This document shows, piece after piece, positions 18,143 through 26,217 of a DNA stretch of 38,363 nt. Position numbers and translations under genes: made by a program. The DNA comes from a virus (taxonomy: Duplodnaviria; Heunggongvirae; Uroviricota; Caudoviricetes). The stretch covers positions 1 through 38,363 of the IMG/VR virus record IMGVR_UViG_2541047946_000018, one strand, 5' to 3'. How positions within the stretch are numbered: the stretch's first letter is position 1; each line of letters begins with the position of its first letter. Below the pieces are notes generated by a model, which ran no database searches, had not been told where the DNA came from, and was given only the letters and a program-made list of their open reading frames with translations.

Positions 18143-19135
18143 TTACACCACGCGGGCTTCTGTTTCCAGAAGCGCATCAGTTTCACGGATTGGTACACCA
18201 CAGAATGAAGTCCACCACTCGCCTTCTGTCTCTTTTACGCTGATCGCCAGAGATGTTTTCTCCAGAGATTGCAGATCAAGAGCCTGGCCTACAGTGCGGT
18301 TCATGTAGAACACCGGGCGACCCATGCCACGATTTGGAATGCGATGCAGTGCTTTAACCATCAACTTCGCAATATTTGCGGCAGAGGAAGGTTCTGAAAG
18401 ATTGCTGACATCGATGTTTGCAATGCGAACAACATAACGCCAGTCACGCAGAGCAAGTCCGTTGTCCCATTTGTAATGGGTACGGTAGCCTTCGTACTTG
18501 CCGCCATTAGCATCTTCCAGTGTCACCTGGCCTTTATCTTCCATCTGAATGCCAGCCTTCTGCCCTTTCGGGAAGATGCCATGCACTGTGTTTTCGCCCC
18601 ACACCACTAACCAGATTGAAGTGTTATCTGTACCCGTGCCACCAGCATCAATGATGTTCTGAGCATTACCCGCAGACAGGCTGGAATAGCGGGAGGACAG
18701 TCCCATAAACTGCTGAGGGTTAACGCTGGAATCACCGTAAAACAGCGTCTGCGCCATCGCCTGATTCATCGCTTCAATAAATGCTCGGTCTTCAGACAGG
18801 CGGAATTCGGCAGTATTACCGTTCAGATCAGCCAGAGACTTATCGACTTCAGCATAGGTTTCCAGCATGCCAATGGAATCAGTGACCTGCACCGTTGTTG
18901 ATTTGCTCGGTTGTACGCCATAGTTCAGCAAACGCCAGGTAGCGGAAGGCAAACCAGAACGAATGGTGGTTCGGTGTCCGGTAGGAAGGTTTCCTTCAAC
19001 AAAAGGCATATCCTGAAGGATTGGGTTGGTTTGACTGAGAAGCTCGATAATCTTATCGACTTTCCCGTTTGGATCGACGCGCTTACCCCAGTCAGCCAGC
19101 GTTAGCGCAGTTAAGCCTTTAACAGCCATTGTCAT
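18143..19135 (-). CDS. Major capsid protein (T7 gp10-like size, 330 aa)
   Basis: Follows the scaffold gene; size and position. Confidence 0.65.
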   Translation of the reverse strand: MTMAVKGLTALTLADWGKRVDPNGKVDKIIELLSQTNPILQDMPFVEGNLPTGHRTTIRSGLPSATWRLLNYGVQPSKSTTVQVTDSIGMLETYAEVDKSLADLNGNTAEFRLSEDRAFIEAMNQAMAQTLFYGDSSVNPQQFMGLSSRYSSLSAGNAQNIIDAGGTGTDNTSIWLVVWGENTVHGIFPKGQKAGIQMEDKGQVTLEDANGGKYEGYRTHYKWDNGLALRDWRYVVRIANIDVSNLSEPSSAANIAKLMVKALHRIPNRGMGRPVFYMNRTVGQALDLQSLEKTSLAISVKETEGEWWTSFCGVPIRETDALLETEARVV

Positions 19136-19143
19136 TTCCTCTC

Positions 19144-19845
19144 TTATTTGCCATAGAGCACTTCGGCCGCACTACGCTGGCCTTCATTACCACCGGTGAC
19201 CATGCCATCTTCAGACATCGCCTTTCCGATTTTCACGAACGTTTTGACCAGATCAGGGTGATTACCCAGCCCGGTGGTGTTCAGATATTCTTTGAGTTCA
19301 GGTGTCCCGAACTGGTCGAGCGCACGCTGTGCGGCGCTAAGGTTAGAAATCAACTTGTCGCCACCGATTTCTTTGTCAGCTTTTACATCCGCAGCCCACT
19401 GCTCGGTTGTTTTCTGCCAGGCTTCTGCCTGGCGCTGCTGAACACCTGCCAGAATCTTCGGATAAGCATCAACCAGCTTTTGCGCTTGCTCGTTGGTCAG
19501 GTTAAGTTCTCGCGCCACCGGCTCGAATTCCTTCAACGCTTCTGTATCCAGCTCTACGCCTTCGGCAGCCTGAAACTCGTACTTCTCCGGCGCACCATCC
19601 GGTTTATCGCCGTCCTTTTTTTCACCCTGCTTATCGCTTTCAGGCTTTTTGTCATCAGCAGGTTTATCGCCATCAGCAACAGGTTGCGGCTTATCACCTT
19701 CTTGTTGTGATGGATCACCAACTGGAGCAGGGTTATCACCTGCAGGCGCTGACGGTTCTGACGCAGCCGGAGCTGCTCCACCATCGACTGGTTGCTCATT
19801 GCAAAGACGGCGATACAGCAAACGCTCAAATAAATTCATGATCAC
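19144..19845 (-). CDS. Scaffolding protein (acidic, 233 aa)
   Basis: Highly acidic, Pro/Ala/Asp/Lys-rich protein between portal and capsid genes. Confidence 0.6.
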   Translation of the reverse strand: MIMNLFERLLYRRLCNEQPVDGGAAPAASEPSAPAGDNPAPVGDPSQQEGDKPQPVADGDKPADDKKPESDKQGEKKDGDKPDGAPEKYEFQAAEGVELDTEALKEFEPVARELNLTNEQAQKLVDAYPKILAGVQQRQAEAWQKTTEQWAADVKADKEIGGDKLISNLSAAQRALDQFGTPELKEYLNTTGLGNHPDLVKTFVKIGKAMSEDGMVTGGNEGQRSAAEVLYGK

Positions 19846-20138
19846 TCCTGTTCACTGGCCTCTTTGGCCATCTTCAAATACTGTTCAGGGCAATGCGCCA
19901 TAACGCGCTGAAACAGTTCCAGCGCCAGATTGCATTGCCCCTCATTAAATGCCATTGCCATAGCGTCCATCGGTGAGATAGCGGAAAACACACGGCCTTT
20001 CTCCAGCACCGACCAGACAACGCGACGCCCCTGTTCACTGCTCATGACAAAGCGAATGTCATCAATTTCACGCTGTGCCATGTCACGTTGCTTACGGGCG
20101 TTTTCTTCTTTCAGTTGATCATCTTCGTAATCTGTCAT
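19842..20138 (-). CDS. Hypothetical protein (98 aa) between portal and scaffold genes
   Basis: ATGA-type overlaps on both sides. Confidence 0.45.
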   Translation of the reverse strand: MTDYEDDQLKEENARKQRDMAQREIDDIRFVMSSEQGRRVVWSVLEKGRVFSAISPMDAMAMAFNEGQCNLALELFQRVMAHCPEQYLKMAKEASEQE

Positions 20139-21814
20139 TGTGATTGCCCACCCTGACCACTAACTGCATTCGCCATAGCTGACAAAACACTCGGATCCGA
20201 AGTTTTAGCTTCGCTTAGCGTCTTGGCACCCTGTGCCGCCGCCATCCCCATCGCCATCATTTGTTGCTGCTGTTGTTGCTGTGCCCGTTGCTGGCGAGCC
20301 TGCTCAACCTGTTCCTGCGGAACAATGACGGTTGGAGACACTCCGGACATATCAGCGAATGCATCGATCGCCTGATCAACGTTGAGTTTGTCGAGAGCTT
20401 CTGGTTTCGCTTGCGCAAGTTGACCAATGAAGTTAACCGTGGACGCCAGACTGGACAGGCCGATAGACTTCTGCGCCTGAGCCATGACGGAAATGTATTC
20501 GACCTTCAGGGGCATGCCTTCCATCGCGTCAGGCGGTGGCGGCAGCATGTTTTTGCGCACCATCATCGAGAAAGCGCGGTCAATGAGAGGATTAAGACAT
20601 TCGTCGTTCAGACGCTCCAGAACCGGCCCCAACATCAGAAGTTTTTCTTCTTTCATTTCGATCACCGCTTCAACAGGCATCGAGCGGGTATTGATGTTCT
20701 GCAACATCATGAACAGATCGACAAAGTAGGCGCTGTTAATGATTTGACGAGTGTCCTGAATGTCTGCCACCAAATCTGCTGTACTGGGGTTAACCAGATA
20801 AGCAGGCCTGAAGCCATCCTGACCAGTAATCTGATCGATATACGTGATGTCGCCAGGAAGAAGGGAGGCGCGCTGATTCTTGAGGGAAGTCGGAGCAACC
20901 ATCGGCGGATTGGTGGCTTTATCAATCAACTGCGACTTGCGCTTCTGGAGAAGCTGCAATGCCTTAACAGGTCCAAGCGCCAGCATACCCGGGCATGATG
21001 ATCCATAAACATCTTCGCCGTTAACTTCCCAGCGCGGAGCCATAATTGGAAACTCATCGAATCCGGACTCACGCAACAACTTGTCGTTATCGCCACCAAC
21101 CTCGTAATAAACCGATTTGAATGGCTTGTTCTTGCTATCCAGCTTCGATGTATCGCGGTCAATGTTCGGGTAAACCGAATGCATCACTTCGATCCACTTC
21201 TCGTAGGTGCCGCTTTCCCACATGCTTTTTACGGATTCGCTGACGTTATTTAGCCCGAACTCCTGAACAAGCTGACGAACAGTCATAGAGAACTTGCGAA
21301 AACAGGTGTCAACACTGCCACGAGGTGAGTTAGCCAGGTAGTAACTGCCTATCGGGAATGGCATTGTGCGAATGATGTCCTCGTCATCCTCCAGCACTGC
21401 CATTGCACCAGTGCTGTATGTGCCGAGGCTTCCGTATAACTGCGGAAGAGACTGGTAGAGATTCGACTTATTGAACATATCGTTCATGCGGTTCTGAACT
21501 GCCTCAAGCCACAACTTAACAGGGCCATAATCCATCATTTCAGGATCTGGCGTAGCCAGGCGAAACCACGGACGCGCGGGGCTTGTGATGCCTGACATCA
21601 TGCCGCTGGCGAGAGTGCGCGCCGCCATAGTCCCGGTCGAATCAATAATGCGTGTATTGCGCCGATCGTTACGGTTGGCCTCAGAAGTCAGAAAGCGGGA
21701 ACCACGCGGGTTGATGTAATCACTCAACTCGCGCCAGTGCGGCTCGAACGACTGACGCTCGCTTTCAAGTTGTGCGAACTGTTTGTTCAATCGCTCTTTA
21801 GTTGTTTCCGCCAT
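20135..21814 (-). CDS. Portal (head-to-tail connector) protein, T7 gp8-like (559 aa)
   Basis: C-terminal QQRAQQQQQQQMMAMGMAAAQGA tract resembling the T7 gp8 C-terminus; size and position. Confidence 0.75.
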   Translation of the reverse strand: MAETTKERLNKQFAQLESERQSFEPHWRELSDYINPRGSRFLTSEANRNDRRNTRIIDSTGTMAARTLASGMMSGITSPARPWFRLATPDPEMMDYGPVKLWLEAVQNRMNDMFNKSNLYQSLPQLYGSLGTYSTGAMAVLEDDEDIIRTMPFPIGSYYLANSPRGSVDTCFRKFSMTVRQLVQEFGLNNVSESVKSMWESGTYEKWIEVMHSVYPNIDRDTSKLDSKNKPFKSVYYEVGGDNDKLLRESGFDEFPIMAPRWEVNGEDVYGSSCPGMLALGPVKALQLLQKRKSQLIDKATNPPMVAPTSLKNQRASLLPGDITYIDQITGQDGFRPAYLVNPSTADLVADIQDTRQIINSAYFVDLFMMLQNINTRSMPVEAVIEMKEEKLLMLGPVLERLNDECLNPLIDRAFSMMVRKNMLPPPPDAMEGMPLKVEYISVMAQAQKSIGLSSLASTVNFIGQLAQAKPEALDKLNVDQAIDAFADMSGVSPTVIVPQEQVEQARQQRAQQQQQQQMMAMGMAAAQGAKTLSEAKTSDPSVLSAMANAVSGQGGQSQ

Positions 21815-21828
21815 TTCAATGACTCCGG

Positions 21829-22035
21829 TTACTGACCAAGCAGCGTTTTACCGCTGGTATTAGCGGTTGATGTGTCGCCCTGAGAACCGGTAAGCAGCGT
21901 AGAACTACGACCAGCAGCAGCGCGACGGCGACGTGTTTCTTCGTCGCGGGCATCAACAACGGCGGCATCCTGCTCCTGTGGTGCTGCCTGAACTTCTGGT
22001 GTTGCAGGCACTGATGGTGAGCTACCCATGCACAT
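21829..22035 (-). CDS. Small disordered virion protein (T7 gp6.7/7.3-like composition)
   Basis: 68-aa Ala/Gln/Thr-rich ORF with GGAG RBS immediately upstream of the portal gene; the alternative frame 21816..22055 looks like junk. Confidence 0.45.
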   Translation of the reverse strand: MCMGSSPSVPATPEVQAAPQEQDAAVVDARDEETRRRRAAAGRSSTLLTGSQGDTSTANTSGKTLLGQ

Positions 22036-22124
22036 ATCAATGACTCCGTACGCAATTAAATTATTACCAATTTAACCACATATGATTTATTTATCGTAGA
22101 AGGTTGACATTTAACGCGTGAATT

Positions 22125-22141
22125 ATTACCTTTCGGGTAAC
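22125..22141. promoter_or_regulatory. Operator site ATTACCTTTCGGGTAAC with adjacent TTGACA -35 hexamer (22104..22109), AACCACATA element (22074..22082) and half-site (22063..22068)
   Basis: Same cassette architecture as at 1128..1196, 2590..2646 and 29686..29764. Confidence 0.55.
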
Positions 22142-22220
22142 CAAAGAGCTCATTCCGGTTACTAACCTGACTGGCTTGTCGTTAAATTAAACAGGTGGAG
22201 TGAGCTTTTATTTTGAGCAG

Positions 22221-22360
22221 TACGGCGTATGGCACATGCGCCGATAGCGGTCTGGATACGTTTAAGGGGCACCCTCCCTTGCTCGGGCAAACGAACCAGG
22301 TAGCCGGAATGTGCAAGTCGAGCGGTTTTATTCCGCGCACGGGGATTCACCATCCCGGCG
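22221..22360 (+). repeat. Conserved non-coding element, copy B (leader upstream of tRNA-Arg), homologous to 2724..2870
   Basis: Same ordered sequence blocks as copy A; GC-rich; no ORF of 60 aa or more on the plus strand. Confidence 0.4.
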
Positions 22361-22462
22361 ATTCGGTGTGACGCCTCGGAAGAGACGAGGGTACAACGAT
22401 GAGAGCATTTATGGAGCCGCGACAAAGTGTGGCGCCTTAACAGGCTAAGTGCTCTCAGCGTT

Positions 22463-22539
22463 GTGGCATTAGCTCAGTTGGACAGAGCAACCGCCTTCTA
22501 AGCGGTTGGTCGCAGGTTCGAATCCTGCATGCCACGCCA
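22463..22539 (+). tRNA. tRNA-Arg (anticodon UCU), argU-like
   Basis: Cloverleaf: acceptor GTGGCAT/ATGCCAC, D-arm TAGCTCAGTTGGACAGAGC, anticodon stem ACCGC/GCGGT with loop CTTCTAA, T-arm GCAGGTTCGAATCCTGC, discriminator G plus CCA; close to E. coli argU. Confidence 0.9.
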
Positions 22540-22582
22540 GAATCACGCCTAAGGACCGTGATGCCAGAAGTTCCAGGTGCTT

Positions 22583-22627
22583 GGCGGTGATGGTTTCCCT
22601 TGAAGGACTATCACCGCCCTTTTTACA
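22583..22627 (+). terminator. Intrinsic terminator downstream of the tRNA
   Basis: GGCGGTGAT...ATCACCGCC stem followed by CTTTTT. Confidence 0.55.
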
Positions 22628-22702
22628 GCAGGACGCCATTGCGATGACTTCATGCTGTAAACCCGTACAGCCACGGAAGGCATAACTCATTGCTTCCAGT
22701 TC

Positions 22703-22727
22703 GCCCGGTTCGCCGGGCATTTTTTTG
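22703..22727 (+). terminator. Intrinsic terminator
   Basis: GCCCGG-ttcg-CCGGGC hairpin followed by ATTTTTTT. Confidence 0.7.
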
Positions 22728-22741
22728 CTTGATGACCGCAA

Positions 22742-22758
22742 ATTACCTTAAAGGTATA
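22742..22758. promoter_or_regulatory. Operator site ATTACCTTAAAGGTATA overlapping a TATAAT hexamer (22755..22760)
   Basis: Palindrome immediately upstream of the moron ORF. Confidence 0.55.
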
Positions 22759-22761
22759 ATC

Positions 22762-23580
22762 ATGAAAAACTTCAAGGTAATTAGCATGTTTGAATCGTTT
22801 AAAGAGCTGTTTTTATCTACTGCCAATACTGCCGTGAATCGAGCCAAAAACCCTGTGCTTGGTGCTTTTGTTATGTCCTGGTGCGCCTTCAACTGGAAAT
22901 CAATTCTTTATCTATTTTTTAGCAAATCAAACATAATAGATAAAATTTCATATATCTCAGATAACAGCACATGGAAAACTGTTATGTTTTATCCATGCTT
23001 ATCTGTAATTGCTATCTGCTGCCTATTACCATGGGTAAACAATATCATTAACGTATGGCAAGCAAAGCCTCTTGATAATAATGACTCAATCGAAAATCAC
23101 CTGAAGGCAAGAAAAATCCAGCGTGAAACCAGACTGCAGAGGTTATTGGCTAAAAAAGATGTTACATACGACAAAGTTAAGACTGGCGCGGAAAAAGACA
23201 TCCAAGAGATGAAAGAAGAGATTATTCGATCAAAGAATAGTATGGGGGAATTGACTGCTGAGTTGAAAGCTAAAGATGACGAATTGAGATCCGCCAGTGC
23301 TCAGTTAGCAGCTCTAAATCATTCATTAAAAGAGATATCGGAAACTCTTGGAAGAATGAATGAGGCATATAAGACCCTCCAAAATGATTTCGACGAATAC
23401 AAACTCAAATACCCTGAAAAATCTCAAATAAAAAGTCTTGCACTTGGCAACGGCCAAACAATTAGCAACTTTTTGGAGCAACACAACTTATCCGGATTAA
23501 AATCTGGTAAGCCAGACGTTTTTAATAACTTTGGTGTTCTATCTGGATTATCAGGTTTCGAGGATAAAAATAAAGACTAA
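22762..23580 (+). CDS. AT-rich moron: membrane protein with two predicted TM helices and a long C-terminal coiled coil; candidate superinfection-exclusion or abortive-infection factor
   Basis: Start ATG 22762 or 22786 (both have RBS); hydrophobic segments VLGAFVMSWCAFNWKSILYLFF and VMFYPCLSVIAICCLLPWV; low GC; stop codon overlaps the TerL stop tail-to-tail. Confidence 0.6.
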   Translation: MKNFKVISMFESFKELFLSTANTAVNRAKNPVLGAFVMSWCAFNWKSILYLFFSKSNIIDKISYISDNSTWKTVMFYPCLSVIAICCLLPWVNNIINVWQAKPLDNNDSIENHLKARKIQRETRLQRLLAKKDVTYDKVKTGAEKDIQEMKEEIIRSKNSMGELTAELKAKDDELRSASAQLAALNHSLKEISETLGRMNEAYKTLQNDFDEYKLKYPEKSQIKSLALGNGQTISNFLEQHNLSGLKSGKPDVFNNFGVLSGLSGFEDKNKD

Positions 23581-25052
23581 GCATATGGATCGTACTCGGT
23601 AAGCGCCTTGCCTTGCTGGTTCTGCTGCCCGGGAAGTCGCAGGCGCTTCGACACCGGGAAAGCAAACGTCAGCAGCAGCGCATCGCCTTTACCCGGCGAA
23701 CGCCCAAGTCGCTCTTTGATATCTTCCTTCGGTTCGATAACGATTTTACCGTCCACTCGAACTTTGTACTCTGCCGCCGACAGGTCGTCTGCAGTTTCCT
23801 GGTCATCCAGCATGCCGCCCAGCCTCAGCCATGTCTTACATGAGTTGAACATCTCCCCACGCTTGTTGAGCATCTGCGGGTCAGTAGACGCGCCACCGAA
23901 CGGAACAAGTTGCCATGTACGACCCCAGCCGTCACCGATTGACTTCAGACCAGTTCCGTAACCGAAGTCGATGAACACTGCGTCAGCCTGGTACTGGTCT
24001 TCAAAGTCAGCGATACGCTTCGCCATAATCAGATCGTCAGTGGTCTTGTTGCCAGTCCACAGCACCTTACTGTGCAGCCCCTGCCGCAGGTATATCACAG
24101 CGTCATCAACGCCTGAGTATGCCGGGTCAACGCCGATTATCACCGGAGCATGTGCAACCTGCGCAGCGGTGACCACCCGTTTCATTGCCTCGTCAGTAAG
24201 TCCGGTAGGGATAAACTGCAATTCAGATGCATCCGGGAATATGCCGCGCACACGGATTTTAACGAAGTCGCTGTCTTCCCCGTAGTCATCAACCCATTTC
24301 TGCAACTGCTGTTTGTTGGTGCCTTCCACCGTCCGGCTGTCAATCTGCGCAGTTTTCCAGCGGTGTTTATATTTGCGGAAACATTCGCGGAAACGTCCGG
24401 TATTACGCGTCGGGTTTCCGAACGCCACCCAGATAATCTCAGTGTCTTCGTCCGTTAGCGCACCCTCGGCAACTTCCCACACCAGATCCGCAATGTTCGA
24501 CGCTTCATCGAATACCACGATGATGCGTTTGCGCTCGTTGTGTAGTCCGGCGAATGCCTCAGTGTTGTGCTCAGACCAGGGTATTGCGTCAGCTCGCCAC
24601 CGCTTGTCGTGTCCAGGATCATTGCTGTACATCGCGGTAGCGGTACAGGTAAACCAGTCTTTCGTGATAGCAAGGTTCGACCACTTGATAATTTCCGGCC
24701 AGGTCTTCGTTCGTAGCTGGTTGTCGGTGTTGGCGGTCACCACAACCTTACAATCCTCGCAAGTGGACATGCCCCAGTTGATCAGCATTGAGATGAATGC
24801 GGATTTACCAATACCGTGACCCGAAGCGCGTGCCAGCATAAGCGGCTGATAGCGCGTCTCTGGATTCTGCAGGTGATCACGTATCTCTCGGAACGCATCA
24901 GCCTGCCACTGACGTGGACCGGTGGCATGTGCCAGTTCAGTCCCATCTTCCCCCCACGGGAACGCATAGAGGGCATAGCCAAGCGGATCGTGAGTGAACC
25001 CTGCAATATCCTCGATTAACTGCTCTTCAGGAGATAACGCTGTATCTGTCAC
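23577..25052 (-). CDS. Terminase large subunit
   Basis: P-loop SGHGIGKS and C-terminal nuclease-like Asp motifs; ATGA overlap with the upstream TerS gene. Confidence 0.8.
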   Translation of the reverse strand: MTDTALSPEEQLIEDIAGFTHDPLGYALYAFPWGEDGTELAHATGPRQWQADAFREIRDHLQNPETRYQPLMLARASGHGIGKSAFISMLINWGMSTCEDCKVVVTANTDNQLRTKTWPEIIKWSNLAITKDWFTCTATAMYSNDPGHDKRWRADAIPWSEHNTEAFAGLHNERKRIIVVFDEASNIADLVWEVAEGALTDEDTEIIWVAFGNPTRNTGRFRECFRKYKHRWKTAQIDSRTVEGTNKQQLQKWVDDYGEDSDFVKIRVRGIFPDASELQFIPTGLTDEAMKRVVTAAQVAHAPVIIGVDPAYSGVDDAVIYLRQGLHSKVLWTGNKTTDDLIMAKRIADFEDQYQADAVFIDFGYGTGLKSIGDGWGRTWQLVPFGGASTDPQMLNKRGEMFNSCKTWLRLGGMLDDQETADDLSAAEYKVRVDGKIVIEPKEDIKERLGRSPGKGDALLLTFAFPVSKRLRLPGQQNQQGKALTEYDPYA

Positions 25053-25645
25053 TGATTACCATCCTGACGTTCTTTGAGTCGCTTCCTGGCTGCTGCTATG
25101 CGATCAGCAATTGTCACATTCACATTAACATCCAGACGTTCTTTGAATGCGTTGACATCAACATGCTTACCAATCAGCTCAAGGTTCTTCACCTTGTCAG
25201 GCCATTTAATTTTTTTGAGGATTGTCTCTATTGAATCCTCGTTCATGTTCATGATGGTCGATGACAGATCAAAGCCACTAAGCGTAGTGCGCCAGATTTT
25301 CGGCCACTCACGGATTGGTTTAAGGCTCCCATCGTCGTTGAGGATGTCGATCACGTCCATCTGGTCGATCTCCACCAGGCGCATGAGAACGTAATCAGCA
25401 CTGACACGCATTCGTTTGTTGCGCTCCTCCATCAACTCGGCAATCCGTTTCTGAATGCGTTCATCGCGCATCATGACACTGGCTTTAACTGCCGCTGTAT
25501 TTGGGGAGAATCCTGCGTTAATCGCAGCCTGAGTCTGGTTTTCAGGCGTTTTGATGTATGACTGGCAATAAGCCTCCTGCATTGCTGTGAGCGGCTTAAA
25601 TTGCGTTGATTTGCGTTTATAGGTTTTAGGTTCAGCAGGCATCAT
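25049..25645 (-). CDS. Terminase small subunit
   Basis: Position immediately upstream of TerL; start taken at ATG 25645 (the track ORF extends to 25723 through an upstream terminator and operator). Confidence 0.55.
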   Translation of the reverse strand: MMPAEPKTYKRKSTQFKPLTAMQEAYCQSYIKTPENQTQAAINAGFSPNTAAVKASVMMRDERIQKRIAELMEERNKRMRVSADYVLMRLVEIDQMDVIDILNDDGSLKPIREWPKIWRTTLSGFDLSSTIMNMNEDSIETILKKIKWPDKVKNLELIGKHVDVNAFKERLDVNVNVTIADRIAAARKRLKERQDGNQ

Positions 25646-25661
25646 AACCACCGTGGTAATT

Positions 25662-25678
25662 GTTACCGTTGTGGTAAT
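25662..25678. promoter_or_regulatory. Operator site GTTACCGTTGTGGTAAT just upstream of the TerS start, with extra half-site GGTAAT at 25655..25660
   Basis: Consensus TTACC-N5-GGTAA palindrome. Confidence 0.5.
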
Positions 25679-25687
25679 AATACCATG

Positions 25688-25714
25688 CAAAATAAAGCCG
25701 CCATAGTTGGCGGC
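25688..25714 (-). terminator. Intrinsic terminator on the minus strand between the nin-like operon and TerS
   Basis: GCCGCC-aactat-GGCGGC hairpin followed by TTTATTTTG on the minus strand. Confidence 0.5.
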
Positions 25715-25763
25715 AGTATTCAAAATCCATCAAATTCATCATGCATAATCTACTCGTGACATG

Positions 25764-26111
25764 TCACACTATTAATTTCGTTTCATGCCAGCCTTTAGTC
25801 ACCCAGCATTGCGAGTCACCATTACACGGGCATGAATTAACTGGAACTCTCTCGCCGCACTTACCGCAACGTTTTCTGCTGATCGATTTTATACGCCCGC
25901 GCACACGTGCATCATCCTGGCGGATCAGCAGCGCGATGTACTCGGCCATTTCATAGGGATCGCGACCAGGGCGCCGGGCGGCGCAGTTCCGCGCCAGCAT
26001 TTCCTGCTCCTGCTTATCCAGCACCAGTTCAATTTTGCGCTCACCGGCGGCGGACTGCCGAGCGCGCTGCGCGGCTTTGCGTTCTGCGGGGGATTTAGCC
26101 ACGAATCGCAC
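25764..26111 (-). CDS. Hypothetical protein with C-terminal Cys cluster (CGKCG...CPCNG), possible zinc-binding regulator
   Basis: Start uncertain (GTG 26111 or GTG 26102, coupled to the stop of the upstream small ORF). Confidence 0.4.
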   Translation of the reverse strand: MRFVAKSPAERKAAQRARQSAAGERKIELVLDKQEQEMLARNCAARRPGRDPYEMAEYIALLIRQDDARVRGRIKSISRKRCGKCGERVPVNSCPCNGDSQCWVTKGWHETKLIV

Positions 26112-26217
26112 TCCACGCCAGATTGATTAATGACTCCCAGGTAATATAAACCCGGATACCAGCAGCCAGGCCGAAACCAATCACCATGGCATAAAGCAGA
26201 GCGTTGCACTTGTTCAT
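26095..26217 (-). CDS. Possible small membrane peptide (40 aa)
   Basis: ATG 26217 preceded by AGGAGGT RBS, overlaps the upstream stop (TGATG); hydrophobic core LLYAMVIGFGLAAGI; not in the ORF track (below the 60-aa cutoff). Confidence 0.4.
   Translation of the reverse strand: MNKCNALLYAMVIGFGLAAGIRVYITWESLINLAWSAIRG

Noticed and set aside
20261-20998. 245-aa plus-strand ORF (and many similar 60-300 aa ORFs, e.g. 16203..16892, 16712..17602, 8738..9112, 23608..23961)
   Set aside because: They lie antisense or out of frame within long, well-supported minus-strand genes, lack RBS context and have Arg/Ser/Cys-rich compositions typical of shadow ORFs.
21816-22055. 79-aa ORF in the alternative frame upstream of the portal gene
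   Set aside because: Arg/His/Leu-rich junk-like composition; the overlapping 68-aa frame has an RBS and virion-protein-like composition.
22221-22360. A second, degenerate tRNA in the leader upstream of tRNA-Arg
   Set aside because: No acceptable cloverleaf: the only T-arm-like hairpin has loop TTCACCA and a 4-bp stem, and no matching acceptor or D-arm. Kept only as an unexplained conserved element.
22495-22501. Reading the tRNA anticodon as CUA (amber suppressor) because the loop contains CTA
   Set aside because: With the 5-bp anticodon stem ACCGC/GCGGT in register, the 7-nt loop is CTTCTAA and positions 34-36 are TCT, giving Arg(UCU); the CTA reading is off by one.
25756-25767. Perfect 12-bp palindrome GTGACATGTCAC at the end of the Cys-cluster gene
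   Set aside because: A single 12-bp palindrome is expected by chance several times in 38 kb and shares nothing with the operator motif; no supporting context.
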